The notes under the pieces were generated by a model. It was not told the origin of the DNA, made no database searches, and worked only from the letters and a program-made list of their open reading frames with translations. Position numbers and translations under genes: made by a program. A stretch of 64,000 nt of DNA. It comes from a bacterium (GTDB lineage: Bacteria; Hinthialibacterota; Hinthialibacteria; Hinthialibacterales; Hinthialibacteraceae). The stretch spans positions 1 to 64,000 of the forward strand of contig CAXXSM010000092.1 of NCBI GenBank assembly GCA_963663405.2, written 5' to 3'. This document shows positions 1-10,256 of the stretch, one piece after another. The number at the start of each line of letters is the position of its first letter. Within the stretch, counting starts at the first letter, position 1.

Positions 1-116
1 AAATGTTTGAAATCGAAACAATCGGCATCAAACCCGGTGAGCGAATCCAAGACAATCGAGCCAACTACACGGGGAAATATCAAGGAAAAGAAGCAACATC
101 TAAAGAGGACAAATAA
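1..116 (+). CDS. 3' end of a gene entering the window (..FEIETIGIKPGERIQDNRANYTGKYQGKEATSKEDK*)
   Basis: Open frame from base 3 to TAA at 114-116, converging on the permease stop at 128; function not recognisable. Confidence 0.35.
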   Translation, partial: MFEIETIGIKPGERIQDNRANYTGKYQGKEATSKEDK

Positions 117-127
117 AACGTATCACA

Positions 128-1452
128 TCACTCCGGCCGCTTAGAAAATGCATTGGATAAAAAATAAACCGGAATCCCCGCGAAGACAATGAGAAATCCT
201 ACCACTGATGACCTTCCAGCGTAATTCAATCCACTGTATACCATACCTGCGCAGTAAATGATAAAAATCAGAGGAACAATTGGATACAGATGAACCCGGT
301 ACGGGCGATCAACATCGCGGTCTTTATACCGAAGCAGAATCAACGCCACGGCGGTCATCAAACAGAACGTCCAATGGGCGGGCGTCGTGTACATGACCAA
401 ATCTTCAAATTTCCCGCTGCAGATTAGAATACAGATCACGATTCCCTGCGCGATCAACGCGTATGTAGGGGTGCTCAATCGTTCGTTCCATTTTCCCATC
501 ATAGCGAACGGCGCGTGCTGCGTCCCCAACGCGTAGCCAATCCGGGCGGTTGTCAGGATATACCCGTTCACTGCGCCCAATGCCGATACAACTACCAATG
601 CGCTGACCAGCCGCGCGCCAACAGGCCCGAACCATAACGATAACACATCCGACGCCGCCGCCTCCGATTCCGAAAGGCCTTTCGCGCCTAGAGTCCACAG
701 AAACGCGGCGTTGATCGCCACATAGATCAGAGTCACGGCAAAAATACCAATCACAAGCGAGCGCAGGATGTTCTTCTCGCGAGATCGCACCTCCGCCGCG
801 ATATACGCGCATTCGTTCCATCCCCCATACGTGAATTCAACAAAGATCAAAGCTATAAAAAAGGTACCGATCCCGATTTCTCTAACTAACGGTTCCGCAT
901 TGGTTTCCGGTGATCGCCAAAACAGAGCTACCGCGGTGATTCCAACCAGGCCAAGAACTTTCGCCGAGGTAAGAATATTCTGCGTCGTTTTCCCTTCCCG
1001 GATTCCCAGACAATTGATGATCGTGCACCCGATCACGGCGACAAGCGCGTAGACCAGCTGTGAGTGTGGAAACGCATATAATTCCGAAGCATACGCCGCC
1101 GCCACATAAGCGATCGCGGCGATCGATCCCGTTTGAATAACCAATAATTTCGACCATGCGAAAAGAAAACCCGCCCAGGAACCATACGCTCGATTCAAAT
1201 ACCAATAATCCCCCCCCGCTCGTGGATACGTCGTCGCCAACTCAGCATAACAGAGCGATCCCACCAGCGCGAGCGCTCCCCCAAAAACCAGACGAACAGA
1301 ATCAGCCAGGGAGATCCCAGCATATTCGCGATCATCGGCGGCGTCATAAAAATCCCACTGCCGACGATCACCCCCACAATGATGCACACCACATCGAACA
1401 ATCCCAGTGTGCCCTTCAAGCGGAATGGATTGGATTCATTTTGATTTGTCAT
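128..1452 (-). CDS. APC-family amino acid permease (frameshifted near 1280)
   Basis: N-terminus LGLFDVVCIIVGVIVGSGIF lies in ORF 1195-1476; it continues as GGALALVGSLCYAELATTYPRAGGDY and YGGWN in ORF 128-1387. The frames switch at a G5 run. Confidence 0.88.
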
Positions 1453-1460
1453 CGATTGGT

Positions 1461-1904
1461 TCAACTCCAGCGGCAACCAAGTGAACGTCTTTTGATAGTT
1501 CCTGTTTCAAGATATTCAAGGATTTCGCGGGCGGTATCCGGGAAAAGAACGAGGTGAGGTAAATCTTCAATGTGATGCCACTGCAGATCGCAGAGAATCG
1601 CTTCCTCCCCCAACTGAATCTCCCCTCCTTGAATTGAGCCTTCAAAATAATAATTAATCACATGCCGGTGTTGATCGGGTGGAATCGATTCCAACACAAA
1701 CAACAGATCGCCAAGCCGCACATCAAGCCCGGTCTCTTCCTTTAATTCCCGGACACCCGTCTGCTCCAGAGTTTCCCCAAATTCCACCCCGCCACCCGGC
1801 AGCAGCCAATATTGTCTACCCTCTTTTTGATGTTTGATCAGAAGGATTTTCCCTTCTTCCACGATCACGGCCGCGACACGATTTCGAATTTGTTTCTCAC
1901 TCAT
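1461..1904 (-). CDS. Nudix hydrolase
   Basis: Nudix box GGGVEFGETLEQTGVRELKEETG. Confidence 0.92.
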   Translation of the reverse strand: MSEKQIRNRVAAVIVEEGKILLIKHQKEGRQYWLLPGGGVEFGETLEQTGVRELKEETGLDVRLGDLLFVLESIPPDQHRHVINYYFEGSIQGGEIQLGEEAILCDLQWHHIEDLPHLVLFPDTAREILEYLETGTIKRRSLGCRWS

Positions 1905-2080
1905 GTTATCCTCTCTGCGGAACGCCCGAAATCAGCAGCGGATTAAATCCAGCAAGCGCGATTTAAAGGATCTTCTTTCCGCATCTCTCCGATCGGCGTT
2001 CGTTCATGCTAGTCTATCACGGAGCCATCACGGACCAAGGCGCCAAGACACAAGTGGATTACAATGAAAGAGAGATCCTC

Positions 2081-2884
2081 ATGATGCGAGCGATTTTATA
2101 TCTGACCCTTGCCCTCAGTAATGGAACAGAACAACCAATCGATTTAAACGAATTATTCAGCAGTGGAACGGCGGCGTTTGTCCTATATAATCCAAGCAAT
2201 AACACAACGATCCGCTATAATGAAGAACGCTGCCAGGAGCGGTTCAGCCCCTTTTCCACCTACAAAATCCCCCACACAGCGATCGCCCTTGAAACCGGCG
2301 TAGTCCGTGACGTGGACGCGATCGTCAAATGGGATTCTGAAAAATATCCCCCCCAAGAATGGCCGAACTACATCCAAGACAAATGGGGCCGCGATCACAG
2401 CCTCCGCACGGCTCTAAAAAATTCCGTTATCTGGTTCTATAAAGAACTCGCCGGGAAAATCGGCGAAGAACGAATGAAAGAATATCTGCAGCGGTTCGAT
2501 TATGGAAACCAGGACATCTCCAGTGGGATCAACAATTTCTGGTTAGGCGGTTCTCTTCAGATATCCGCAGAGGAACAGATTGAATTTCTCCGTAAATTTT
2601 ACACGGAAGAATTCCCGTTATCGAAATCAACCTATACCCTTCTCAAAGAAATGTTGGTCGTAGACGAAGGCGATTCCTACCGGTTAAGCGCCAAAACCGG
2701 TGGTGGAACAATTGGCGGCAAGAGAGCCATCGGCTGGTATGTGGGCTACGTGGAAAGTAAAGGAAACGTATACTACTTCGCGTTTAACATGGAAGGCCCC
2801 TCCCTTGGATCTCTCCTCAAAAAACGGATCATCATCACACGAAATATTCTCACACGCTTAGGAATTCTGCCGGATGAGAAATAG
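2081..2884 (+). CDS. Class D beta-lactamase (OXA-like) / penicillin-binding domain protein
   Basis: Motifs PFSTYK (SxxK), SVIW, YGN, FWLGGSLQISA and KTG; short hydrophobic N-terminus from ATG 2081. Confidence 0.85.
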   Translation: MMRAILYLTLALSNGTEQPIDLNELFSSGTAAFVLYNPSNNTTIRYNEERCQERFSPFSTYKIPHTAIALETGVVRDVDAIVKWDSEKYPPQEWPNYIQDKWGRDHSLRTALKNSVIWFYKELAGKIGEERMKEYLQRFDYGNQDISSGINNFWLGGSLQISAEEQIEFLRKFYTEEFPLSKSTYTLLKEMLVVDEGDSYRLSAKTGGGTIGGKRAIGWYVGYVESKGNVYYFAFNMEGPSLGSLLKKRIIITRNILTRLGILPDEK

Positions 2885-2929
2885 CGTATGAAAAACTTTT
2901 ATGAGATAATCAGGGAGATAATAAATTCA

Positions 2930-4201
2930 CTAAAATGGCCGGGGGGGAAGCGCGGTCTTCTTTCGGTAAGGATTCATCATTTTCCCAATCCCAGCGGTAT
3001 CGGCGCCCTGCCAGCGGATCAAAGTCCCCGTTTCGCTGGTGAATCCACGGACGTCCATATGCACGTAGGGGCTTTGCGCGTATTCACCCCGCTCCCAGTA
3101 ATCGTGATGGATATAATATCCCGCGCCGCCCACACGATCGCTTCCCTCATCCCGCAGACGGCGATCCAACCGGTCCACGTATTCTTTTAACCGGATCGCG
3201 TCGGCTACGGTGATTTGTCCATCGCCGTTTAGATCATCCATCACCAGATCGTTGTCTTCATCGACAATGAAATCGACCGCCCTGCCATACATATGCGTGG
3301 AGAACGGTTCCTTCAGCGACATATCACCATCGCTCTTAAACGAGCCAATATTATACGCCGGGCTGCGGTAGCCATAGATTATATTAAATTTAGAGATCGT
3401 GTGTCCATCCGCTTCCATGAGTTGTTCCAGCGCATCCAGTTTTTCAAGAATGTATGGGTGGATCGCGATGTAACGTGGATACTCCAAATCCATGAACCGG
3501 GGATCGAGATCGAAATCTCCGAGGGTATACTCTTTATAGATTTTCAGTTTATAGGTTTCCGGCGTTACTTTAAAGAAATACTTCGGCGGCATGTACTTGT
3601 CCGCATGGTTGCGGATGCGAGCCGCGCTACTCTTATTGATTTTCCGTAAGTCGGTAGGATCGGTAGGATCGGGATACAATCCGACAGGAAAACCCTCCAC
3701 CAATCCATCATCGATGGAATCCACTTTCAACGGAATCAAGCAGTCCAATTGAAGATTGTAACGGTAAACAATCTCCGATTGACGGGGCGAAAAAATACTA
3801 TTTCTCACCGGAGGAAGCAAGCGGATTCGTCCCGAAACCTGAATACGCCCCAGGCCAGGGCTTGGATCGAGCCAAACGCAGCGTTCTCCTTTTTCTTCCA
3901 CTTGGCCTGAACTGACAGTCCACTCGGTCTCCGCTGGGGCGGGGATATAGCCTTCCGGCGGATCCGGGATCGAAGCGGTCTTCACCTGGAACGTAAGAGG
4001 CCGATCCAACGAGGGAATCCACTGTACGGAACCTTTATACGAAGAGAAGGAACAGACAAGAGAAGCTTCAATCTCCCGTTCCTCCATCCCAACAGAGGAA
4101 CTGGTATACTGAGTAAAGGCATATAAAGAAACACCGGCAATAAATACAATGATGAGAATAACTAGAGAAAACGCCTGTTTCAATTCCTTGACCTCAACCA
4201 A
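2930..4201 (-). CDS. Membrane-anchored M15-family Zn D-Ala-D-Ala peptidase
   Basis: GYRSPAYN, STHMYGRAVD and VHMDVRG motifs; N-terminal TM helix. Confidence 0.75.
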   Translation of the reverse strand: MVEVKELKQAFSLVILIIVFIAGVSLYAFTQYTSSSVGMEEREIEASLVCSFSSYKGSVQWIPSLDRPLTFQVKTASIPDPPEGYIPAPAETEWTVSSGQVEEKGERCVWLDPSPGLGRIQVSGRIRLLPPVRNSIFSPRQSEIVYRYNLQLDCLIPLKVDSIDDGLVEGFPVGLYPDPTDPTDLRKINKSSAARIRNHADKYMPPKYFFKVTPETYKLKIYKEYTLGDFDLDPRFMDLEYPRYIAIHPYILEKLDALEQLMEADGHTISKFNIIYGYRSPAYNIGSFKSDGDMSLKEPFSTHMYGRAVDFIVDEDNDLVMDDLNGDGQITVADAIRLKEYVDRLDRRLRDEGSDRVGGAGYYIHHDYWERGEYAQSPYVHMDVRGFTSETGTLIRWQGADTAGIGKMMNPYRKKTALPPRPF

Positions 4202-4325
4202 CGGAGACGATAGGATCGTCCAAAAATAGAAAGCGCATGTTACAATACATCATACCCCAGATAAAAAAACACGCAACATAATATCAGACGTTTCTGCGGA
4301 ACGCTAAATTCAGGTACTATTATCG

Positions 4326-5321
4326 ATGCCTTGGGATTCTATTGAATGTCATCCAACCACACGCGAAACGATCGTCAGCATCCTCTCGCAGGGCCGGTTT
4401 CGAGGAACGTTTCTTCTTTACGGGCCGCCCGGCGCCGGACAAGCGTCCGTAGCGCGGGCGATCGCGAAAAGCCTTGTCTGCCAAGAACGCGAAGCGGATT
4501 TCTGCGGGCAATGCCGTCTCTGCAAGGGTGTTGAAGAACATACCTACGCGGATGTGTTCGAACTCTATCCCTGGGAAGACTGGTCTAAACCCGAACGCAA
4601 GGGACAGGACTATTCCGTCGATCATATCCGCGAAATGCAAAAACAGGCGCAGATCCAACCCTACCAGGGAGACCACCGCATTTTCATCCTTCATGAAGCG
4701 CACCGGCTCAACTTAGCTTCGGCCAACTGCCTGCTTAAGATTCTCGAAGAACCGAATACTCATACCATCTTTTTACTCGTAACGGATAACCACGCAAGCC
4801 TGTTGCCGACGATCCTTTCCCGCTGTCAGAAGATCCGTCTCGCGCCCCTGCCGATTGGCGGCCTGAGCCAGCGGTTGGCTGAAGACCGGCCAAAGGACGA
4901 AGCGGAAACTCTCGCCCGTGCCGCCGGGGGACTGCCCGAACAGGCGCAGTATCTAATTGAAAGTGATTATCTGCGGCGCCGGGATGAAATCATGGAGATT
5001 GTCGAGCGCGTTCGAAAAGAAGAATCCTATATTGGGGAAGCGGTCAATGGATTGGCGGGGAAAAAAGACTCCCTCAGGGAGATTTTTAAAATTCTCCTAA
5101 GTCTTTTGCGGGATGGCTCTCTCGCGGCGTCTGGAATGACCGGCCCCTACCTAAACGCCGACCGGAAAAATGAAATCGAACGAATTTGGAGCGGAGATCA
5201 GGCGGAAACCATCGTGGCGGGATTTGAGAAAACATTGGACGCGATTGAAGGCCTCGACCGCAACCTCAATCCCAGCCTGCTGTTGACAGACCTTTTTCTG
5301 GCCCTGCGCGCTGGGGGGTAA
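4326..5321 (+). CDS. holB: DNA polymerase III delta' subunit
   Basis: Degenerate Walker A GPPGAGQ, Zn motif C..FCGQCRLC, ANCLLKILEEP, LLPTILSRCQ. Confidence 0.9.
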   Translation: MPWDSIECHPTTRETIVSILSQGRFRGTFLLYGPPGAGQASVARAIAKSLVCQEREADFCGQCRLCKGVEEHTYADVFELYPWEDWSKPERKGQDYSVDHIREMQKQAQIQPYQGDHRIFILHEAHRLNLASANCLLKILEEPNTHTIFLLVTDNHASLLPTILSRCQKIRLAPLPIGGLSQRLAEDRPKDEAETLARAAGGLPEQAQYLIESDYLRRRDEIMEIVERVRKEESYIGEAVNGLAGKKDSLREIFKILLSLLRDGSLAASGMTGPYLNADRKNEIERIWSGDQAETIVAGFEKTLDAIEGLDRNLNPSLLLTDLFLALRAGG

Positions 5322-5354
5322 TTCATTAAATTTGAATAATTTAATGAATTACCC
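5316..5354. terminator. Perfect 17-bp AT-rich inverted repeat between convergent genes
   Basis: gggtaattcattaaatt-tgaat-aatttaatgaattaccc, overlapping the holB stop. Confidence 0.55.
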
Positions 5355-5399
5355 ATATCTGTTAACGATCCTATCGACTATTGTCCCTATTCAAGCCGT

Positions 5400-7076
5400 T
5401 TATTGCGTCTTCTTCCGGGGACCGGTTTGGATAATATCACCTGGGCTATCGAATCCTTTTTCAGGCCGGAACACTTTATCGATGAACGCTTGAACCCCAG
5501 CTCCTTTGGACGCGCGCTCGTCGAAATCCTCTTTCCCATCCGGCCCGTTTGAGATAAGTATGTAGGTTTTTCCATCGCTGAAATAGCGGTACGGTTTCTT
5601 TTCCGGGTCGAAAGGATCGATGGGGAACGACGAAATATATGAAACGGGTGAATTCAGTTTAACAACGCGCTCTCCGATTTTCAGACCAGCCTTATCAATC
5701 GTCCGCCCATCATCCAGTGGCACGGGATATTGATTGTTATCGATAAAGAAGCTTTCTAAAGCGTTTTCAAGCTGGCGCAATTCAGTTTTTACACGATTAT
5801 AATTGGAACGCGTCGAACCGGCGCCGGCTGTGCTCTCCGGGGCGCTGGAATCGCTTTTCGGGGCGGTTGATTTTGAACTGGATGATACAGAGGGGGCTTT
5901 CTTCTCCAAAAAAGAATTTGGTTTCGTTTTGCTGTGTTCCATAATCCCGCTCATCTTCATCGTGAAAGCCATCGCTTGTTTTTGAGGTCCCATCTCCCCC
6001 ATATCCATCATGATAGACGCTGTCATGGATGAAGATGTTTGAACTTTGGTTTCTAAATTTAAATGCGCGGTTACTTTGGTATTCATCCGCATTTCTTTCA
6101 TTTCCATAGCGGCGCCGGCCATTGGAGCCATTCCTCCCCCCATGGCTTGTGGATCAATCTTGATATCCTTCAAATTTACGCTGGTTTGATTCGAGACAAC
6201 AGCGACTTTTTCACCATTAATCAACAACACATCTTCCAACGTTGAAACAGAATACGCATAAGCTGGCTCTTTCTGTTCCGGGAGAGGAATCTCAATCTGC
6301 TCTTGCCATGAATCCCCCACGGCGACTTTCTGTTTGGGCAATTTCGTAAAAAAGAAAGCGCCAAAATTATTCGCGTTCATCCCCGGCGAGCTCATCATGG
6401 ATAGATTCTTTAACGGATCCATGTCAATCTCCCCAAGGGTATTCGTTTCAAAAACAAGATTCTCCAGTTGAGCGCGCGCGGTCGCCGGCAATTTGGAGAG
6501 ATCAATCGTTTCCTTGCGATTCGCCATTTGCGAGTTGATTTCTAATTGGTCAATCTCCAGTTTAATGGAGGCGTCGCCACTGGAATCAGCTTTTTGTGTA
6601 TTCAACTTTAAAATCGCATCCAAGGTGAAGTCCATCGGCATGTTTAACGCCCCCATCTTGACCTGTACATTGATCGAGGCGTTCGCGGTTTGGTACTGGG
6701 TTTCACCCTGGGTGAATTGATGCCGGAGAAGATAGGTCTCACCAGGAGCGCTGACACTATCGGGGGTAGAAGTCAAGTTCTGTTTCCGCCGTAGATAATC
6801 CTGATAGAGTTGATTCGAAGGGCCGTATTTTTCGATAAACTCTTTGTCCTTCACTGGAGTCCGGTCAACGATCTCAATCGTGTCCAGGCTGCGGATCAGC
6901 ACAGAGTCTTGCGTCATAATGGTGACGGATTGTTCGTCTTCTTCGAGAATCGCGCCCGACATCTTAGCGTATTTTTCCGGGATGTTTTTCAGGCGGAATT
7001 CAGTGGCAAACGCCGGTCCACCGATCGAAATAGCAAGGATCAGTCCCGCGGCGAAAAGAATTGGCAAACGTCTCAT
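5400..7076 (-). CDS. Secreted protein with beta-rich central domain and C-terminal GspG/pseudopilin-like domain
   Basis: Signal peptide MRRLPILFAAGLILAISIGGPAFA; LPKQKVAVGDSW motif; C-terminal ELRQLENALESFFIDNNQYP..DPF..YILISNGPDG. Confidence 0.65.
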   Translation of the reverse strand: MRRLPILFAAGLILAISIGGPAFATEFRLKNIPEKYAKMSGAILEEDEQSVTIMTQDSVLIRSLDTIEIVDRTPVKDKEFIEKYGPSNQLYQDYLRRKQNLTSTPDSVSAPGETYLLRHQFTQGETQYQTANASINVQVKMGALNMPMDFTLDAILKLNTQKADSSGDASIKLEIDQLEINSQMANRKETIDLSKLPATARAQLENLVFETNTLGEIDMDPLKNLSMMSSPGMNANNFGAFFFTKLPKQKVAVGDSWQEQIEIPLPEQKEPAYAYSVSTLEDVLLINGEKVAVVSNQTSVNLKDIKIDPQAMGGGMAPMAGAAMEMKEMRMNTKVTAHLNLETKVQTSSSMTASIMMDMGEMGPQKQAMAFTMKMSGIMEHSKTKPNSFLEKKAPSVSSSSKSTAPKSDSSAPESTAGAGSTRSNYNRVKTELRQLENALESFFIDNNQYPVPLDDGRTIDKAGLKIGERVVKLNSPVSYISSFPIDPFDPEKKPYRYFSDGKTYILISNGPDGKEDFDERASKGAGVQAFIDKVFRPEKGFDSPGDIIQTGPRKKTQ

Positions 7077-7399
7077 GAATGGGTTTCCTTCCTTGTGGGA
7101 TTGCAATCAAATGGTGATACTCTTTCCAACAACGCCATCGTATCATGGTTAGACTTTCAAGCAATCCTCAGCCTTCATTTTTATTCGTCTGCAAATAAAG
7201 TCCTCTCATCATCCTAATTTCCACCAGAGCGCGGAATCATCTTCCCTTGTAAAATCCACTCACTCACGCTAAATTACCTTTTCTATATTGATAACGCTTA
7301 AACTGAAGGTATTAGGCGGGCGCAACTCATGCGATTAAGCGCATCTCAATGACAGCATTCCGCCGTGAAAGCTAAAAGAAAGCAACCGGTAAAGGACAA

Positions 7400-10234
7400 A
7401 TGGATTATCGCAGCACATTGAACCTTCCTTCAACCCCGTTCCCCATGCGCGCCAATCTTCCGAAGCGCGAACCTGAAATTCTCAAGGAATGGGAAGAGTC
7501 GGCGATTTATCATAAAATTCGGTCGGCGCGGGAAGCGAAAAGCGCGTTTGTCCTGCATGACGGCCCTCCCTACGCGAATGGCGCGATCCACCTGGGCACT
7601 GGATTGAACAAGATTTTGAAGGACATGATCAACAAGTCCAAACTCTTGCTGGGGAAAAATATCCACTACCGGCCTGGTTGGGACTGTCACGGGCTTCCCA
7701 TTGAACTCAACGTGACGAAAAACTTATCGGAAGAAGAGAAAGAATCCATCGACACGATTGAACTGCGCCGCCGTTGCCGGAATTTCGCCCTCAAATTCGT
7801 CGATAAGCACCGAAAAAGTTTCAAACGGTTGGGCGTGATCGGCGATTGGGAACGGCCCTATCTAACCTTGTCCACGGAATACGAAGGCGAAGAACTGCGC
7901 CAATTCGCTGCGCTCGTACGCAATGGATACGTCTATCAGGGGATGAAGCCGATTTACTGGTGTCCATCCTGCGTGACCGCGCTGGCGGAAGCCGAGGTGG
8001 AATACGAAGAACACACCTCCCCTTCCATCTACGTCCGATTCGCTCTTACGGAAGAGTCAAAAAAACAGCTTATTGCTCAGGCGCCCGAAATCGACGGCCG
8101 GCCCATACACGTCGTGATTTGGACGACAACACCTTGGACGCTCCCTGCGAACCGAGCTGTTTGCCTGCATCCCAATTTTGTCTATACGTTAGTACCAACG
8201 CCTAACGAATACTTATTAATCGCTAAAGATCTTTCCGAGCGGTTTATATCCGAGACCAATATTAAGAAAGCCGGGAATCTGATCGGCTCCTTTACGGGCA
8301 AAGAACTCGAAGATCTTAAGATTCATATCAAACCGCCTCTTGATGAGTTGGAAGTCCCCTTGATCTGCGGACGGCACGTTACGCTTGAACAAGGCACGGG
8401 CGCGGTGCACACCGCCCCCGGCCACGGCCATGAGGATTATCTCGCCGCGTTGGATTACAATCTCGAGATATTCGCCCCGGTCGATAAACATGGTTGTTTT
8501 ACAGACGCCTCCCCCGTTTGTCATGGCATGAAAGTGGATGAAGCGAATCCAGTCATTATCAAGATGCTGCATGACAAAGGGCTTCTGATTCACAAGGAAA
8601 ATTACCTGCACTCCTATCCATTCTGTTGGCGCTGTAAAAAACCGATCGTATTCCGCGCGACCCGGCAATGGTTCACCTCACTCGAAAAAGACGATCTCCG
8701 GGACCGGCTATTGCAGGCGATTGACGAAGTGGCCTGGATTCCCTCCTGGGGACGGCAGCGGATTCGCTCGATGGTGGAAAACCGGCAGGAATGGTGCATC
8801 TCCCGCCAGCGCGCTTGGGGGGTTCCCATCCCGGCGTTTTATATCGGTGAGTCCGAAGAAGGTATCCTGAACGCTGATTTTATTGACGAATTAGCGGAAA
8901 TCGTATCCAAAAAAGGAACCAATTTCTGGTTCCATGCGATGGAAGATCCCTCCCTGCTGGAACAGTTCACCACTCTCAAGAGGCTGCTGCCAGAAGGAGC
9001 TCAATTGACCGATGTGCGATTGGAGAAAGATATTCTGGATGTTTGGTTTGATTCCGGTGTCAGCCACCATTCCGTGATGGCGCTGGAAGAAAACATCTAT
9101 CCCGTCGACATGTATCTGGAAGGAAGCGACCAGCATCGGGGATGGTTTCAATCCTCCTTAGTAACCGCCGTCGGAGCGGGTAAGGTCCCTCCTTACAAAG
9201 CTGTCTTAACACACGGTTTTACAGTCGATGAAAAAGGGCGGAAGCTCTCCAAAAGCCTAGGGAACTTCGTCGTCCTGGACGACCTTATCAAACAGACCGG
9301 CGCGGATGTCATCCGCCTTTGGGTCGCCGCCGAAGACTTCCGGGGCGATATGACGTTTTCCAATGAAATTCTTTCACGGATCACCGAATCCTACCGCCGG
9401 ATGCGTAACACAGTCCGCTTTTTATTAGGCAATATTTACGATTTTTCGCCATCAGAAAGCGTGCCCGAATCGGAACGGCTCTCGTTAGACCAATGGATTC
9501 TAAACCGGTGGCGTCAATGCAAAAAACGAATCATCAAAGCGTTCAATCATTATGATTTCCACCGGGTGTTCTACGATCTCAATAACTTTTGCAGCGTAGA
9601 TCTTAGCGCGCTCTATTTGGATATCGCCAAGGACCGTCTCTATGTTTCCCAGAAAGACGGCCTCGAACGGAAATCCTGTCAGTCCTCATTGGTGGAGATC
9701 GCGATAGAACTAACCGCAGTGGTCGCTCCAATTCTCTCCTTCACAGGGGAAGAGATCTGGACACAATTGCGCGAACTCGGATTGACCTCCGAAGAGAGCG
9801 TTTTCCTCTATGAATTGAACCAGAAGATTCCTCCTATTGATGAAGAACTGATGGAACGATGGGATAAAATCTTCATGGCGCGGGGCGAAATCGTCAAAGC
9901 GATTGAGCTTCTCCGAAAAGAAGGCTCGATCGGCCATTCCCTGGATTGTTCCGTCACCGTAGAACCGCCGGATGAGAAATGGCGCACTCTCTTCGACGAA
10001 GCGATTCAGGCAAAACGGGGTGATCATCCTCTCAGTATTTTTATTGTCTCTGAATTTCAAACGGGTTCAATCCAGAATGGGGATAACGTGTACGAGAGTT
10101 CTCTCGTACCAGGCATGAAAATCCACGTTTCTAAGGCGCCGGGCAACAAATGTCCCCGCTGCTGGCATTTCGACAAAACCGTCAGCGAAAACGGCGATGA
10201 GGTCTGCCCGCGCTGTAATGACGTGATCGGATAG
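7400..10234 (+). CDS. ileS: Isoleucine--tRNA ligase (type 1)
   Basis: LHDGPPYANG, HLGT (HIGH), GWDCHGLP, WTTTPWTL, EGSDQHRGWF, KLSKS and C-terminal CPRCW..CPRC Zn finger. Confidence 0.98.
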   Translation: MDYRSTLNLPSTPFPMRANLPKREPEILKEWEESAIYHKIRSAREAKSAFVLHDGPPYANGAIHLGTGLNKILKDMINKSKLLLGKNIHYRPGWDCHGLPIELNVTKNLSEEEKESIDTIELRRRCRNFALKFVDKHRKSFKRLGVIGDWERPYLTLSTEYEGEELRQFAALVRNGYVYQGMKPIYWCPSCVTALAEAEVEYEEHTSPSIYVRFALTEESKKQLIAQAPEIDGRPIHVVIWTTTPWTLPANRAVCLHPNFVYTLVPTPNEYLLIAKDLSERFISETNIKKAGNLIGSFTGKELEDLKIHIKPPLDELEVPLICGRHVTLEQGTGAVHTAPGHGHEDYLAALDYNLEIFAPVDKHGCFTDASPVCHGMKVDEANPVIIKMLHDKGLLIHKENYLHSYPFCWRCKKPIVFRATRQWFTSLEKDDLRDRLLQAIDEVAWIPSWGRQRIRSMVENRQEWCISRQRAWGVPIPAFYIGESEEGILNADFIDELAEIVSKKGTNFWFHAMEDPSLLEQFTTLKRLLPEGAQLTDVRLEKDILDVWFDSGVSHHSVMALEENIYPVDMYLEGSDQHRGWFQSSLVTAVGAGKVPPYKAVLTHGFTVDEKGRKLSKSLGNFVVLDDLIKQTGADVIRLWVAAEDFRGDMTFSNEILSRITESYRRMRNTVRFLLGNIYDFSPSESVPESERLSLDQWILNRWRQCKKRIIKAFNHYDFHRVFYDLNNFCSVDLSALYLDIAKDRLYVSQKDGLERKSCQSSLVEIAIELTAVVAPILSFTGEEIWTQLRELGLTSEESVFLYELNQKIPPIDEELMERWDKIFMARGEIVKAIELLRKEGSIGHSLDCSVTVEPPDEKWRTLFDEAIQAKRGDHPLSIFIVSEFQTGSIQNGDNVYESSLVPGMKIHVSKAPGNKCPRCWHFDKTVSENGDEVCPRCNDVIG

Positions 10235-10256
10235 CCCCATTGACAGGCAGGAAAGT

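Noticed and set aside
128-1452. Programmed frameshift or phase variation in the permease, cysM or C25 genes
   Set aside because: The runs are short (G4-A7) and similar indels occur across the window, so sequencing error is more parsimonious.
7217-7399. T-box riboswitch upstream of ileS
   Set aside because: No T-box consensus or terminator/antiterminator was seen.
7580-7605. IleRS HLGT variant as mupirocin resistance
   Set aside because: This is a type 1 enzyme with a C-terminal Zn finger; resistance is associated with type 2, so there is no support.
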